From Octopus sinensis (lineage: Eukaryota): DNA of 25,661 nt. Below are positions 10,843 to 21,640 of this stretch, piece by piece. The position numbers and the translations under genes were made by a program. Where the stretch lies: the NCBI RefSeq assembly GCF_006345805.1, contig NW_021836124.1, positions 1 through 25,661 on the forward strand, written 5' to 3'. Each line of letters opens with the position of its first letter. Within the stretch, counting starts at the first letter, position 1. The notes beneath the pieces are model-generated. The model did no database searches. It was not told the origin of the DNA and was given only the letters and a program-made list of their open reading frames with translations.

Positions 10843-11000
10843 GCGTCCAAGACCCTAGTCATCTTCCCCTTCAGGTTGGGGAACAACCAAAAGTGACAGA
10901 GCGTAAGGTCCGGATTGTAGGGAGGTTAAGGGAGAGTTTGTCAAGTAGTTGGTTACCGGGATAGAAGTTGTGGACTTGTTTATTGTCCTGGTGCAGGTAC
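10843..11000 (-). mobile_element. mariner transposase remnant (catalytic C-terminal part)
   Basis: Minus strand gives YLHQDNKQVHN and PPYNPDLTLCHFWLFPNLKGK, equivalent to mariner HDNA and YSPDLAPCDFWLF motifs; contains a stop and deletions. Confidence 0.85.
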
Positions 11001-11029
11001 TTCGGCGTTTAGCAAAATGAATAATCTAT

Positions 11030-11165
11030 GTTTCCCAATCACATGGTTCCGGGTTCAGTCCCACTGCGTGGAATCTTGGACAAGTGTCTTCTACAATAGC
11101 CTCGGACCCACCAAAGCCTTGTGAGTGGATTCGTTGACAGAAACTAAAAGAAGCTCGTCGTATAT
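11030..11165 (+). mobile_element. SINE family A, 5' half
   Basis: CACATGGTTCCGGGTTCAGTCCCACTGCGTGG...AAGAAGCTCGTCGTATA. Confidence 0.88.
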
Positions 11166-11180
11166 ATATATATGTTCATT

Positions 11181-11537
11181 TCTTCTTTTCTTTGTTTTAG
11201 TCATTTGACTGCGGCCATGCCTGAGCACCGCCTTTAGTCGACCAAATCGACTCCAGGATATATTTTTTAAGGCTTAGTACTTATCCTATCGGTCTATTTT
11301 GCCGAACGTGTGTTTACGGGGACGTAAACACACCAGCATCGGTTGTGAAGCGATGGTGGTGGTGGTGGGGGGGACAAACACAGAAATACACATACGACGG
11401 GCTTCTTTCAGTTTTTGTCTACCAAATCCACTCGCAATGCTTTGGCCACCCTTGGCTATAGTAGACACGCAGTGGGGCTGAACCCGGAACCATGTGGTTG
11501 GTAAGCAAGCTACTTACCACATAACCACTCCTGTGCC
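11181..11537 (-). mobile_element. SINE family A, near full length
   Basis: Reverse complement of 2041-2411 with small deletions. Confidence 0.9.
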
Positions 11538-11794
11538 TATATATATATGTATATATATATATATAATGTTTTTTAATTTCACGACTGTTTGGATGTAATT
11601 TGGGAAAATTTGCCCGTTACTTCTATTTCTAGCCAGTCGACCGACCAAGAAGAGGCCACTGTATGTATGTATGTATGTATGGATGGATGGATGGATGGAT
11701 GGATAGATGTATGCAAGTCTGTTTGCATGCATGTATATATGTATGTGTATGTGTGTGTGGTGTATGTGTATGTGTGTGTGTGTGTGTATCTTCT

Positions 11795-12130
11795 ATCTTT
11801 TATTTACTTCGGTCATTGAATTGCGGCCATGCTGGTACACTGGACCCTCGTGCTTATTCAAATGGATCCTTTTTCTTTCTTACTTTGAAAGTCTCGTACT
11901 TATTATATCGCTCACTTCAGCTGAACCGCTCGGTTGCAAAAAAGACGTAAACAAACCAGTACCGGTTGCCAAGCAGTGGTGGTGGCGGACAAACACTAAG
12001 ACATAGAGGCCTCTTTCAGCTTTGGTCGGCCCAAGGCTATAGCAGAGAGCCAAAGTGCAGCACTGTGGGACTGAACCCAAGACCACATGATTGGGAAGCA
12101 AGCTTTTTACCACACAGCCAACCCGTGCGT
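11795..12130 (-). mobile_element. SINE family A, old diverged copy
   Basis: GTGGGACTGAACCC B box and GCGGCCATGCTGG tail motif. Confidence 0.8.
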
Positions 12131-12153
12131 ATGCATATATGTATGCGTGTATA

Positions 12154-12184
<31 letters not shown>

Positions 12185-12320
12185 TTCCATATACTTATAT
12201 GTATGCATACAGGAGTATGCGTATGCATGCACGCAAGTATAGGTAATTATATTTGTATATACTTATATGTATGTATGTATACAGGTGTATATATATGCAT
12301 GCTCGTAATATATATATATA

Positions 12321-12375
<55 letters not shown>

Positions 12376-12764
12376 ATAGATGCCTGTATGTATGTACGTG
12401 TGTATATACGTATGTCCTCTGCACACCTACGCTATTCCAGGGCACACACAACTATTGAAGATACAGAAGAGCTTTCCGTGTGCAACTGTGGATGGGGCGG
12501 AGTGTGGTAGGGTGGGAGGAGAGCAAACCTCCCTAGAATCCTACTCTCACCGCTACCCATCCACTCACTCCCTCTGTGTCTCATTCTTTTCTGTCTCTCT
12601 CGCCGCCCCCCTCTCTCTCTCTCTCTCGCACACACATATACATGCAACCACACGCACGCTTACATATCCCCTCTCGTGTGGACGTCTACAACAAAGCTCT
12701 CGCTTTCTTTTATTTGTGGCTTAAGCAACAAATGATTTATATATGCGTCTCCCTTTCTCTCTTT

Positions 12765-12802
<38 letters not shown>

Positions 12803-13129
12803 CTGTCCTTTATGTTTGTTTGTCTCGCAGTTTCTCTCTCTCCCTCTCACTCTTTCTCTTTATTTCTCAACCTGTTTCTAGACACGAAGCAATTTCCTTC
12901 AATTGCTCACCTCCTCGCTTGCTCGCCCGTCCGACACATCGACCATCTTCCTCAGTGTCTCCTGTATTTTGATCAATATATATTCCGTTTCAACAGTCTG
13001 TCACTCCTCGATTTCCAACTACTATTACTACTACTACTACTACTTCCATTAGTCCTGCCCATCTCTCCCCCCTCTCTCTCTTTGTATCTATGTCCGTCAT
13101 CAGTTTTCCTGTAGTCATCGTCCTCCTTG

Positions 13130-13149
13130 TGACGTCAGCAGTGACGTCA
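13130..13149. promoter_or_regulatory. Tandem pair of full CRE palindromes (TGACGTCA)
   Basis: TGACGTCA at 13130-13137 and 13142-13149 in non-repeat sequence; function not shown. Confidence 0.35.
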
Positions 13150-13553
13150 ATGCCCAGAACTCCTGGGGTATTTGCTGTTTTCTTCAGTCATTCCAATACG
13201 TACCGACCCAGATCGAATTTGTATACAATAAAACATACATACTTTCGTGCATACATACACACGTGCATGTGAATGTGCGCATGGTATAGACCATAAACAC
13301 ATACGTGCAACATATATATGTATGTGCGTGTGTGTGTGTACATAGATACATGTAGACACATGTATGCATGAATGCACATGTACATACATGCATGCATGCA
13401 TACATACATCGGCCCCCTACTGGACAGTCACTGCATACCCTGCATGAGCAACCTGCCTCCACTCGTGTTTTGTGGGTGGTAATTAAAATACTTCTTAGGT
13501 TGGGTGCAAAACTAAAAGAGTCCCGTATGTTGTGTCTGTTGAATAAATGTCTA

Positions 13554-13626
<73 letters not shown>

Positions 13627-13627
<1 letters not shown>

Positions 13628-13673
13628 AAACTGTCCGACGAACGGGAACGTGAAACTCAGAGTAACAGGTTTT
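13627..13673 (+). ncRNA. Minimal hammerhead motif with CCGACGA (U4C) core
   Basis: AAAACTGT CCGACGA ACG-GGAA-CGT GAAA CTC-A-GAG TA ACAGGTTTT; all stems pair, GNRA tetraloop in stem II, GUA triplet at 13662-13664. Confidence 0.68.
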
Positions 13674-13770
13674 GTTGATTTTCGGCTGCTTTTAAATAAA
13701 GCATATTACTCTAACCCTGATATTTGAGTACTCTTTTTTCCACCTTGTTTCACATTTATGTGTTTACTGG
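13627..13770 (+). mobile_element. Penelope-like terminal-repeat fragment (family G), second copy, between (TA)n tracts
   Basis: Homologous to the reverse complement of 4061-4205. Confidence 0.72.
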
Positions 13771-13783
13771 TATATATATATAC

Positions 13784-13814
<31 letters not shown>

Positions 13815-13897
13815 CATACATACATATATATTATGCATATGTGTGTGTATACATATATTTATACACATATATCTATTCACACACACACACACAAACA

Positions 13898-13954
<57 letters not shown>

Positions 13955-14254
13955 CATACTACATACATACATATATATATACAATATATATAGAGATAGA
14001 AATAGATAGATAGATAGATATAAATGCATGTATATGTATAATGAAGGTAAAAAGAAGGGGGATTAAATGGATGTACTCGAATACCTCTCTAAGCACTCTG
14101 TAGGAATTGAACCCGGCTAGCTAAATTGTGCGGTAGTTACTTTTGCATTCAGTATACGCTGTTTTTCATTTCCCGTGACAGGTCCACTCGTAAACCTGAG
14201 ATCGAACACCAAATTACATTCGGTGTATGAGATAAACGATGATGCATTGTCACT

Positions 14255-14569
14255 TCGGCCATGGGATTGCCCCTAGAAGGTTCCCTTCTGAGGTACAAGT
14301 CCGGGCAAGGTTGTTTATGGAAGACCAGCAGTCGCCCATGCATACCAGCCTCTCCTCTTCACGCCACCGATGTTATCCAAGGGAAAGGCAAAGGGGCCGA
14401 TACAGCTTGGCACCAGTGGCGTCGCAATTCATTTCTACAGCTGAGTGAACCGGAGCAACGTGAAAAATAAAGTGTCTTGCTCAAGACCACAACATGCAGC
14501 CCGGTCCGGGATTGAAACTCACTACCTCATCTTTGTGAACCGATGCTCTTACCACTGAGCCATGCCCTT
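14255..14569 (-). mobile_element. SINE family E
   Basis: Head revcomp GCATGGCTCAGTGGTAAGAGCATCGG; aligns with 18188-18518. Confidence 0.88.
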
Positions 14570-14571
14570 GC

Positions 14572-14869
14572 TTTCAGATATTAGACTACGGTGATGCTGG
14601 AGCAGCATGCTGAAGGGTTTAGTCGAAACTGACCCCGGTACATTAAAAAAAAAAGCAGGTACTTATTCCATCGGTTTCTTTTTGCCGAACCGCTAGTTTA
14701 TGAGAACGTCAATAAGTCAAAACAGGTTGTCAATCGGTGGAAAGGAACAAGGACACACACACATACACACATACAAATATATATACCTACGACCTGCCCA
14801 AGGTGCCTCGCAGTGGGACTGAACCCAGAACCATGTAGTGTGGGAGGGAACTTCTCACCGCACTGCTAC

Positions 14870-14872
<3 letters not shown>
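14572..14872 (-). mobile_element. SINE family A, diverged and internally deleted
   Basis: TGCCCAAGGTGCCTCGCAGTGGGACTGAACCC and TTTTGCCGAACCGCTAG motifs. Confidence 0.8.
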
Positions 14873-14904
<32 letters not shown>

Positions 14905-15669
14905 GTGTGTGTATACGTATATATGTATATGTATATATATGTATGTAATGTATATGTATGCGTGTGTGTGTGTGTGTGTTTTAATATTTTGCTCTGGCAT
15001 TACAAGACAACCCTGTATAGAACTCAATATGCATATGTTTACGTAGATAGATAGATAGATAAATATGCACACACTTTATATATATAGAGAGAGAGGGGGG
15101 GAGAGAAAAAGAGAGAGATGTGCGCACAATATATCAAATATTTTACGTATAGCTTGCTTGCATATATCGCCGGACTTTCCTTTTATCAGCTGTCGGCTAA
15201 AATTTCCCACAGGCAGATTTTTTCAGCATCTTCTCGCCGCATCCCCTCCCCGCCTCCATCGGTGCCGAGCAGCATCAAGACCGAAGCTCTGAACGTGCTT
15301 CCCCTACTCCCAGCCCGACACCGGGTGCTCCTTTCTCCAAATTATTTATTTATTTATTTAACTTTTCTTTTTTTTTTTTAATTTTCATATCTACAACAAC
15401 CGCCATTTGTCATCCTCTTCAGCACCAGCTTCAAAGGAAAACGCAATCGGAAGATTATCGTTTACGATCGTATGTGTTATCGCTGAGGAAAAATCTGTTA
15501 CTAGGCAAAATTGGAAATATTTCGCTCTGAATCACGTGACAAATCATAGCTCACCCACCCGAACCTCTCACGTTGTGTTCTCCAATTCTTCTTTCTTCTT
15601 TCGGCAGCGGCATCACCTGCTGCTCTCTTTTACACACACACACACACACACACACGCATATATAACATA

Positions 15670-15719
15670 ATATATATGCATGTATATACATATACATATA
15701 TATAATATATGCATGTATG

Positions 15720-15805
<86 letters not shown>

Positions 15806-15863
15806 TATATGCATGTATATTATATGTATATATCCATATATATTATATATATATATATGCATG

Positions 15864-15897
<34 letters not shown>

Positions 15898-15900
15898 CAC

Positions 15901-15947
<47 letters not shown>

Positions 15948-16017
15948 ATCATATATATAATATATATATATATATACACACCACAAACACATATATATAT
16001 ATATATATAATATATAT
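15670..16017. repeat. Long interrupted (TA)n tract
   Basis: Direct reading. Confidence 0.95.
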
Positions 16018-16309
16018 GGTGTCATGCAGTGGAAATGAACCCAAAGCCATGTGGTGTGTTTCGTGTTTATAATTAGATTAAAGAAAAAGCAAAAGATTGG
16101 TGTAAGGCACTTGTGGGACTTGTGACACCTGCGGTTTTAGCTCCCCGGTGACGTCGTCTGGATTTTCGAATGCGTAGCGTCTGTCTTTAAGAGTATTAAT
16201 GTTGCTGTGGAAATCTTCTTTCTTTGTCTTTTTACACAGGGTGGGGAATACGCCCATACTGCAGCACTTTTTCTTTATTTCTTGTTATGCAGCCCAGCAT
16301 ACCATAAAG

Positions 16310-17560
16310 CGCCAAACCACACAACATGCAACACCAAGTCACACAACACTGCACCGCATAAATCTGCACAACACCTCACAACAGCAAACAGCACCACACA
16401 ACACTACAGTGCACAAATCCGCACAGCACTTCACAACACAGCACAATACTGCACCGTGCAACGTACAACTGACTCTTCTCCACACAACAAAACACCTTAC
16501 AACAACCACACTATACAACACAACGCTACGTCACACCAAGTCCCACAACACTACACAATACTTCATAACACCTCACAGCACTAAACAACACCGCACAACG
16601 GCACACCACACCGCATAACGGCACACCACACCGCACAACGGCACACCACACAACACAACGGCACCACACCACACCGCACAACGGCACACCACACGCACAA
16701 CGCACACCACACCCACAACGGCACACCACCACCGCACAACGGCACACCACACCGCACAACGGCACACCACACAGCACACACCGGGCACACCAACCAACGC
16801 ACAACGGCACACCACACAGCACAAAACCGGCACACCACACACCGCACAACGGCACCACCGCACACCACACCGCACAACGGCACACCACACAGCACAACGG
16901 CACACCACACCGCACAACGGCACACCACACCGCACAACGGCACACCACACCGCACAACGGCACACCACACCGCACAACGGCACACCACACCGCACAACGG
17001 CACACCACACAGCACAACGGCACACCACACCACACAACGGCACACCACACAGAAAACGGCACACCACACAGCACAACGGCACCACACCACAACGGCACAC
17101 CACACGCACAACGGCACACCACACCGCACAACGGCACACCACACCGCACAACGGCACACCACACAGCACAACGGCACACCACACCGCACAACGGCACACC
17201 ACACCGCACAACGGCACACCACACAGCACAACGGCACACCACACCGCACAACGGCACACCACACCGCACAACGGCACACCACACCGCACAACGGCACACC
17301 ACACAGCACAACGGCACACCACCACGCCAAGCCACACACAGCACAACGGCACCACACACAGCACAACGGCACACCACACCGCACAACGGCACACCACACC
17401 GCACAACGGCACACCACACCACACAACGGCACACCATGCCGCACAACCCAAAATAACACCACACAACGCTATGGAACGCAACACTGCACAACACAACACC
17501 CCAGCCCACCCCACCTCACAACACAATACATCACCACAGCACACAACACCACACAGCACC
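16310..17560. repeat. (CACAA/CACAC)n pentamer-derived satellite with a homogeneous 20-bp core CACACCACACCGCACAACGG (~16588-17436, roughly 40 units)
   Basis: Exact 20-bp period visible at 16861-17040 and 17120-17320; degenerate pentamer flanks. Confidence 0.95.
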
Positions 17561-18187
17561 CATTGTTTTAGAGATATCGGTAACAGTTAGGGTTTTTTTT
17601 TATAGATGTATAAAAAAAGGTGCAAAGATACTAAATATGGTGCACAGTTACTCGTCAGAGTGCATAGCTCTGTGATCAGGGTGACCCTAAAGCTAACCCT
17701 AACCCTAAGCCTAACGTCATGCCGCAGAACACAAACACCACATTGCACAACACAACGGCATACTAGACTTCACACAAATACCAAACTATGAACCACTCCG
17801 ACCACATCCACCACATCCAGCAGCAATCAGCTATTTTTCGTGCTCCTACCTACGCAACATTTATTGTCCATTCTCGACTTTTAGTTTTGTCTTTCTCTCA
17901 CATGCGTCTGTCACATCAATTCTTCCTCCTACAGTTCGCTATTTATTGCGCTCTGTTGAATTACCTTTATCACTCTTCCCAGTCCAGGGCTAGCCAGGTA
18001 AAAACAGTGGCGGCCTAGCCACGAAACCCACAAAGTGCTTCCTCGACAGCCGGGAACCCCAACCACCGGACTGAGTTCATTTGGTACCGAGTTGCACTTT
18101 TTGGGCCGTCACAGTCTGCAAGGTGTCTCTGCATTTTATATATATATATATATATCATATCATATATATTATATACGAAATAATTAA

Positions 18188-18518
18188 GAAGGCACATGGC
18201 TCAGTGGTTAGAGCATGGGGTTTATAATCGTGAGATAGTGGGTTCGATTCCCGGACCGGATTGTGTGTTGTGTTCTTGAACAAGACACATTATTTCACTT
18301 TGCTCCAGTTCATTCAGGTGTAGAAATGAGTTGCGACGTCGCTGGTGCCAAGCTGTATCGGCCTTTCCCTTGGATAACATCAGTGGCGTGGAGAGGAGAG
18401 GCTGATATGCATGGGTGACTTCTCATCTTCTATAAACCACTTTGTCGGGACTTCTGCTTCGAAGGGCAACTTTCTAGGGGCAATCCCATGGCCCTTCATG
18501 ACCGAAAGTGGTCTTTAT
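18188..18518 (+). mobile_element. SINE family E, full length
   Basis: A box TGGCTCAGTGG, B box GGGTTCGATTCC, V-domain-like GTGTTCTTGAACAAGACAC. Confidence 0.92.
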
Positions 18519-18588
18519 CAATTTACGCAATAATTATATTATATACATTATTTACATATGACAGATATTTGTCCTCATCTTTGTTGTT

Positions 18589-18634
18589 AACACAACGTTT
18601 CGGCTGATACACCATCCAGCCTTCATCAGGTGTC
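18589..18634 (-). ncRNA. Intact-looking minimal type-I hammerhead motif
   Basis: GACAC CTGATGA A GGCTG-GATGGTGTAT-CAGCC GAAA CG T T GTGTT; 5-bp stems I and II, palindromic AACGTT stem III, GUU triplet. Confidence 0.8.
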
Positions 18635-18747
18635 TTGGGGAAATTTCGAACTTGGGTTCTCATTCCTAGGATATTTTTCGATGTTTATTATTATTATATT
18701 ATTATTATTATTATTATTATTATATTATTATTATTATTATAATTATT

Positions 18748-18963
18748 GAGTGAGAGAGATGTTCATGCCATCAAAGTGACACTGGGGTAAAATATACGAA
18801 GCCCAATATACCCATCATGACTACCCGTCTGATAAGGGTACACCAGGCACATGCATCACAACCATATGTGCGCGACATGGTGATCTCATATCAAGATAAA
18901 CAGCACATGACCTTGCAGGTGGGGCCCAGTTAGAATTTTCTTCAGGTTGAGCAGCCCATCCCG
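18748..18963 (-). mobile_element. Repeat family F, probably a 5'-truncated retroposon 3' end with (AAT)n tail
   Basis: Shares TATACCCATCATGACTACCCGTCTGATAAGGGTACACCAG with 23845-23925; embedded in (ATT)n. Confidence 0.7.
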
Positions 18964-19264
18964 TATTATTATTATTATTATTCAGGTCACTGCTTGGAAT
19001 CGAACTCGGAACTAGTAGCCCGCACTCTTAACCACTACGCCATATATTAGGCACTTTGTTGTGTTATGCTAAGCGTTTGATCCCCCGGTCCATAGAAAAA
19101 TTTTCTTGCACGAAAGCAGTCAATGATGCAAAAAAGTCTGGGGACTGCAGCCCCACAGGAAGCATTGTTCATTGCCATCATCGCATAATATATTTTCTAC
19201 ATTCTAGTATAGTTCACCATTTACTGTGAACTTCTGTGCTATCTTTCTAGCTTTCCTGAGTCTA

Positions 19265-19435
19265 AAATTGGTTTCAAATTTTGGTACAAGGCCAACAATT
19301 TCGTGGGATAGGGGACTCATCGATTACATCGACCCCAATGCTCAACTGGTACATATGTTATTGACCCCGTAAAGGATGAAAGGAAAAGTCGACCTCAGTG
19401 GAATTTGAACTCAGAACGTAAAGACAGACGAAATT
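19265..19435 (-). mobile_element. SINE family C, 3' part (tail as in 24038-24260)
   Basis: AAAGTCGACCTCAGTGGAATTTGAACTCAGAAC; tail TTGGTTTCAAATTTTGGTACAAGGCC. Confidence 0.85.
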
Positions 19436-19546
19436 CTAATCATCTTATTCTTGGTCTACCCCTCGGTCTCTTGCCGGGTGGCTTAGCTTGAAGAAACTAT
19501 CCTGCGATTCTTTCATCTGACATTCTAACGACATGTATGTAATACC

Positions 19547-19865
19547 GTGGAGGCGCAATGGTCCAGTGGTTAGGGCAGCGGATTCGCGGTCGTAGGATCG
19601 CGGTTTCGACTCCCAGACCGGGGGTTGTGAGTGTTTATTGAGCGAAAACACCTAGAGCTCCACGATGCTCCGGCAGTGGTGGTGGGGGGCGATCCCTGCT
19701 GTACTCTTTCACCACAACTTTCTCTCACTCTTTCTTCCGTTGGCCTGCTCGCTTAGCCAGCGGGGCGGCGTCATTTGAAGGCTTAAACAATGCAAAGCGC
19801 ATTGTGACCAGCGATGTGTAGCAACATCTGATAGCCTGGTCGGTCACGGTGATCACGGTCACGGT
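19547..19865 (+). mobile_element. SINE family D (tail type 1)
   Basis: GTGGAGGCGCAATGGTCCAGTGGTTAGGG head, GGTTTCGACTCC B box; ends in (GTCACG)-like repeats. Confidence 0.9.
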
Positions 19866-20095
19866 TTGTAATGCCGGAGCTGTGACCTCTCGATGCGGAG
19901 AAGTAGCGGCTCAACTTGGAGAGTCACCCTGACCACTGAGCTATGTACTCTGACGAGTAACTGTGCACCATATTTAGTATCTTTGCACCCTTTCCTTTAT
20001 ACATCTATAAAAAAAAACCCTCACTGTTACCGATATCTCTAGAATTTCTCCTGATATAGAAAAAGAAATGCTTAAGAAACACTAGCTTAGTACGT

Positions 20096-20418
20096 AAGGC
20101 ACGTGACTTAGTGTTTAGGGTAATCGGCTCATGACTGTAAGGTCGTGAGTTCGATTCCCGGCGACACGTTGTGTCCTTGAGCAAGGCACTTTATTTCACG
20201 TTGCTTCAGTCCACTCAGCTGGCAAAAATGAGTAGTACCTGTAATTCAAAAGGCCAGCCTTGTCACATTCTGTGTCACGCTGAATCTCCCTGAGAACTAC
20301 ATTAAGAGTACATGTGTCTGTGGAGTGCTCAGCCACTTGCACATTAATTTCACAAACAGGATGTTCCGTTGATCGGATCCACTAGAACCCTCGTCGTCAT
20401 ATCCGATGGAGTGCCAGT
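20096..20418 (+). mobile_element. SINE with family E-type head and family D tail type 2
   Basis: GTGTCCTTGAGCAAGGCACTTTATTTCAC, then GTACCTGTAATTCAAAAGGCCAGCCTTGTCAC...GGAGTGCC shared with 20775-20960. Confidence 0.87.
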
Positions 20419-20774
20419 TATTTGAAGAAAGGAGTGCTCAACTGGCACATTGATCCTAGAAAACCCAAAACAGCATAAAGCTTTTTCCTTCACAAGTCCT
20501 AAATTACTCTGGGGACTGGAAACAAATCATTGGGAAAGTGTCATATGATGCATGGACGCCAGGGAATCATGTCCTGTGCATCGTGTGACTCACATGAGAG
20601 ACAAGGGCTTAAAGGGATCCATGGTTGTTTTCAGGCTTCTAGCGCTTGTTTCATACATTCTGAGAAGTCTAAAACTTTTTCTCCATACGTCCCGAATTAC
20701 TCTCTCGTGGTTAAAAACAAAACATTGGGGGTGTCTGTCATGTTTGATTCAACAGATGTTAATTTTAAATTAAT

Positions 20775-21160
20775 GTGGAAGCACTCCGTCGGTTACGACG
20801 ATCAGGGTTCCGGTTGATCCGAATCAACGGAACAGCCTGCTCGTGAAATTAACGTGTAAGTGGCTGAGCACTCCACAGACACGTGTACCCTTAACGTAGT
20901 GCTCGGGGATATTCAGCGTGACACAGAGAGTGACAAGGCCGGCCCCTTGAAATACAGGTACAACAGAAACAGGAAGTAAGAGTGAGAGAAGGTTGTGGTG
21001 AAAGAGTACAGCAGGGATCACCACCACCCCCTGCCAGAGCGTCGTGGAGCTTTAGGTGTTTTCGCTCAATAAATACTCACAACGCCCGATCTGGGAATCA
21101 AAACCGCGATCCTATGACCGCGAGTCCGCTGCCCTAACCACTGGGCCATTGCGCCTCCAC
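20775..21160 (-). mobile_element. SINE family D (tail type 2), full length with TSD
   Basis: 11-bp TSD TTTAAATTAAT at 20764-20774 and 21161-21171. Confidence 0.94.
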
Positions 21161-21260
21161 TTTAAATTAATACAAGGCTGCTGAAAGGCGGCGGGCCAGT
21201 AACATCGTTGCCGCACCGGACAATCCTTACCACCGCCTTCAACACGAGCAGCAACAGCAA

Positions 21261-21640
21261 GTGGAGGCGCAATGGCCCAGTGGTTGGGGCGGCGGACTCG
21301 CGGTCGGGGGATCGCGGTTTCGATTCCCAGACTGGGCGTTGTGTGTGTTTATTGAGCAAAAACACCTAAAGCTCCACGAAGCTCCGGCATGGGGTGATGG
21401 CGACCCCTGTTGTACTCTTTCGCTCCAACTTTCTCTCACTCTTTCTTCCTGTTTCTTGTCCTCGACTTCCTATTCAACCGCTGAGGCTTGATGCCCATTC
21501 TGCCATCCGTCGATGCTCTCTGTGTCGGGGGTTGACCTACTTTCTCTTCTGCGGGTCTTACGAATAGCAAAAGACCACGTTTCGGACTTCTCCCATCTTG
21601 CGAGCTCTGGAACGAAGACCCGTTCGCTCAACAGCAACAG
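21261..21640 (+). mobile_element. SINE family D (tail type 3)
   Basis: Family D head to ~21455, then an unrelated tail ending GTTCGCTCAACAGCAAC; AGCAGCAACAG on both flanks. Confidence 0.88.

Larger units (their letters stand above)
18541..19045 (-). mobile_element. tRNA-headed SINE-like element with a 3' hammerhead, interrupted by insertion F
   Basis: A box TGGCGTAGTGG (19042-19032), B box GAGTTCGATTCC (19007-18996), (AAT)n linker, then body 18685-18541 containing the ribozyme. Joining the two halves is inferred. Confidence 0.65.
17571..20039. mobile_element. Interval bounded by ~115-bp inverted repeats with TA flanks (candidate non-autonomous TIR transposon with nested insertions)
   Basis: 17571-17685 matches the reverse complement of 19923-20039 with few differences; similarity stops at TA (17569-17570 and 20040-20041). 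Confidence 0.6.

Noticed and set aside
15551-16072. Many YI/IY, CV and HT repeat ORFs here and across the window
   Set aside because: Dinucleotide microsatellite translations.
16526-17559. Three ~300-aa Cys/Val-rich ORFs (keratin-associated or metallothionein-like appearance)
   Set aside because: All three frames are open only because the 20-bp satellite lacks stop codons on that strand.
18188-18260. Genuine tRNA genes at SINE heads
   Set aside because: A and B boxes are present but acceptor and anticodon stems are incomplete and they run into SINE bodies.
19945-20043. Hammerhead reading CTGACGA-GTAAC...GTTAC-CGATA in the inverted-repeat arm
   Set aside because: GAAA box is GATA and no stem I partner follows.
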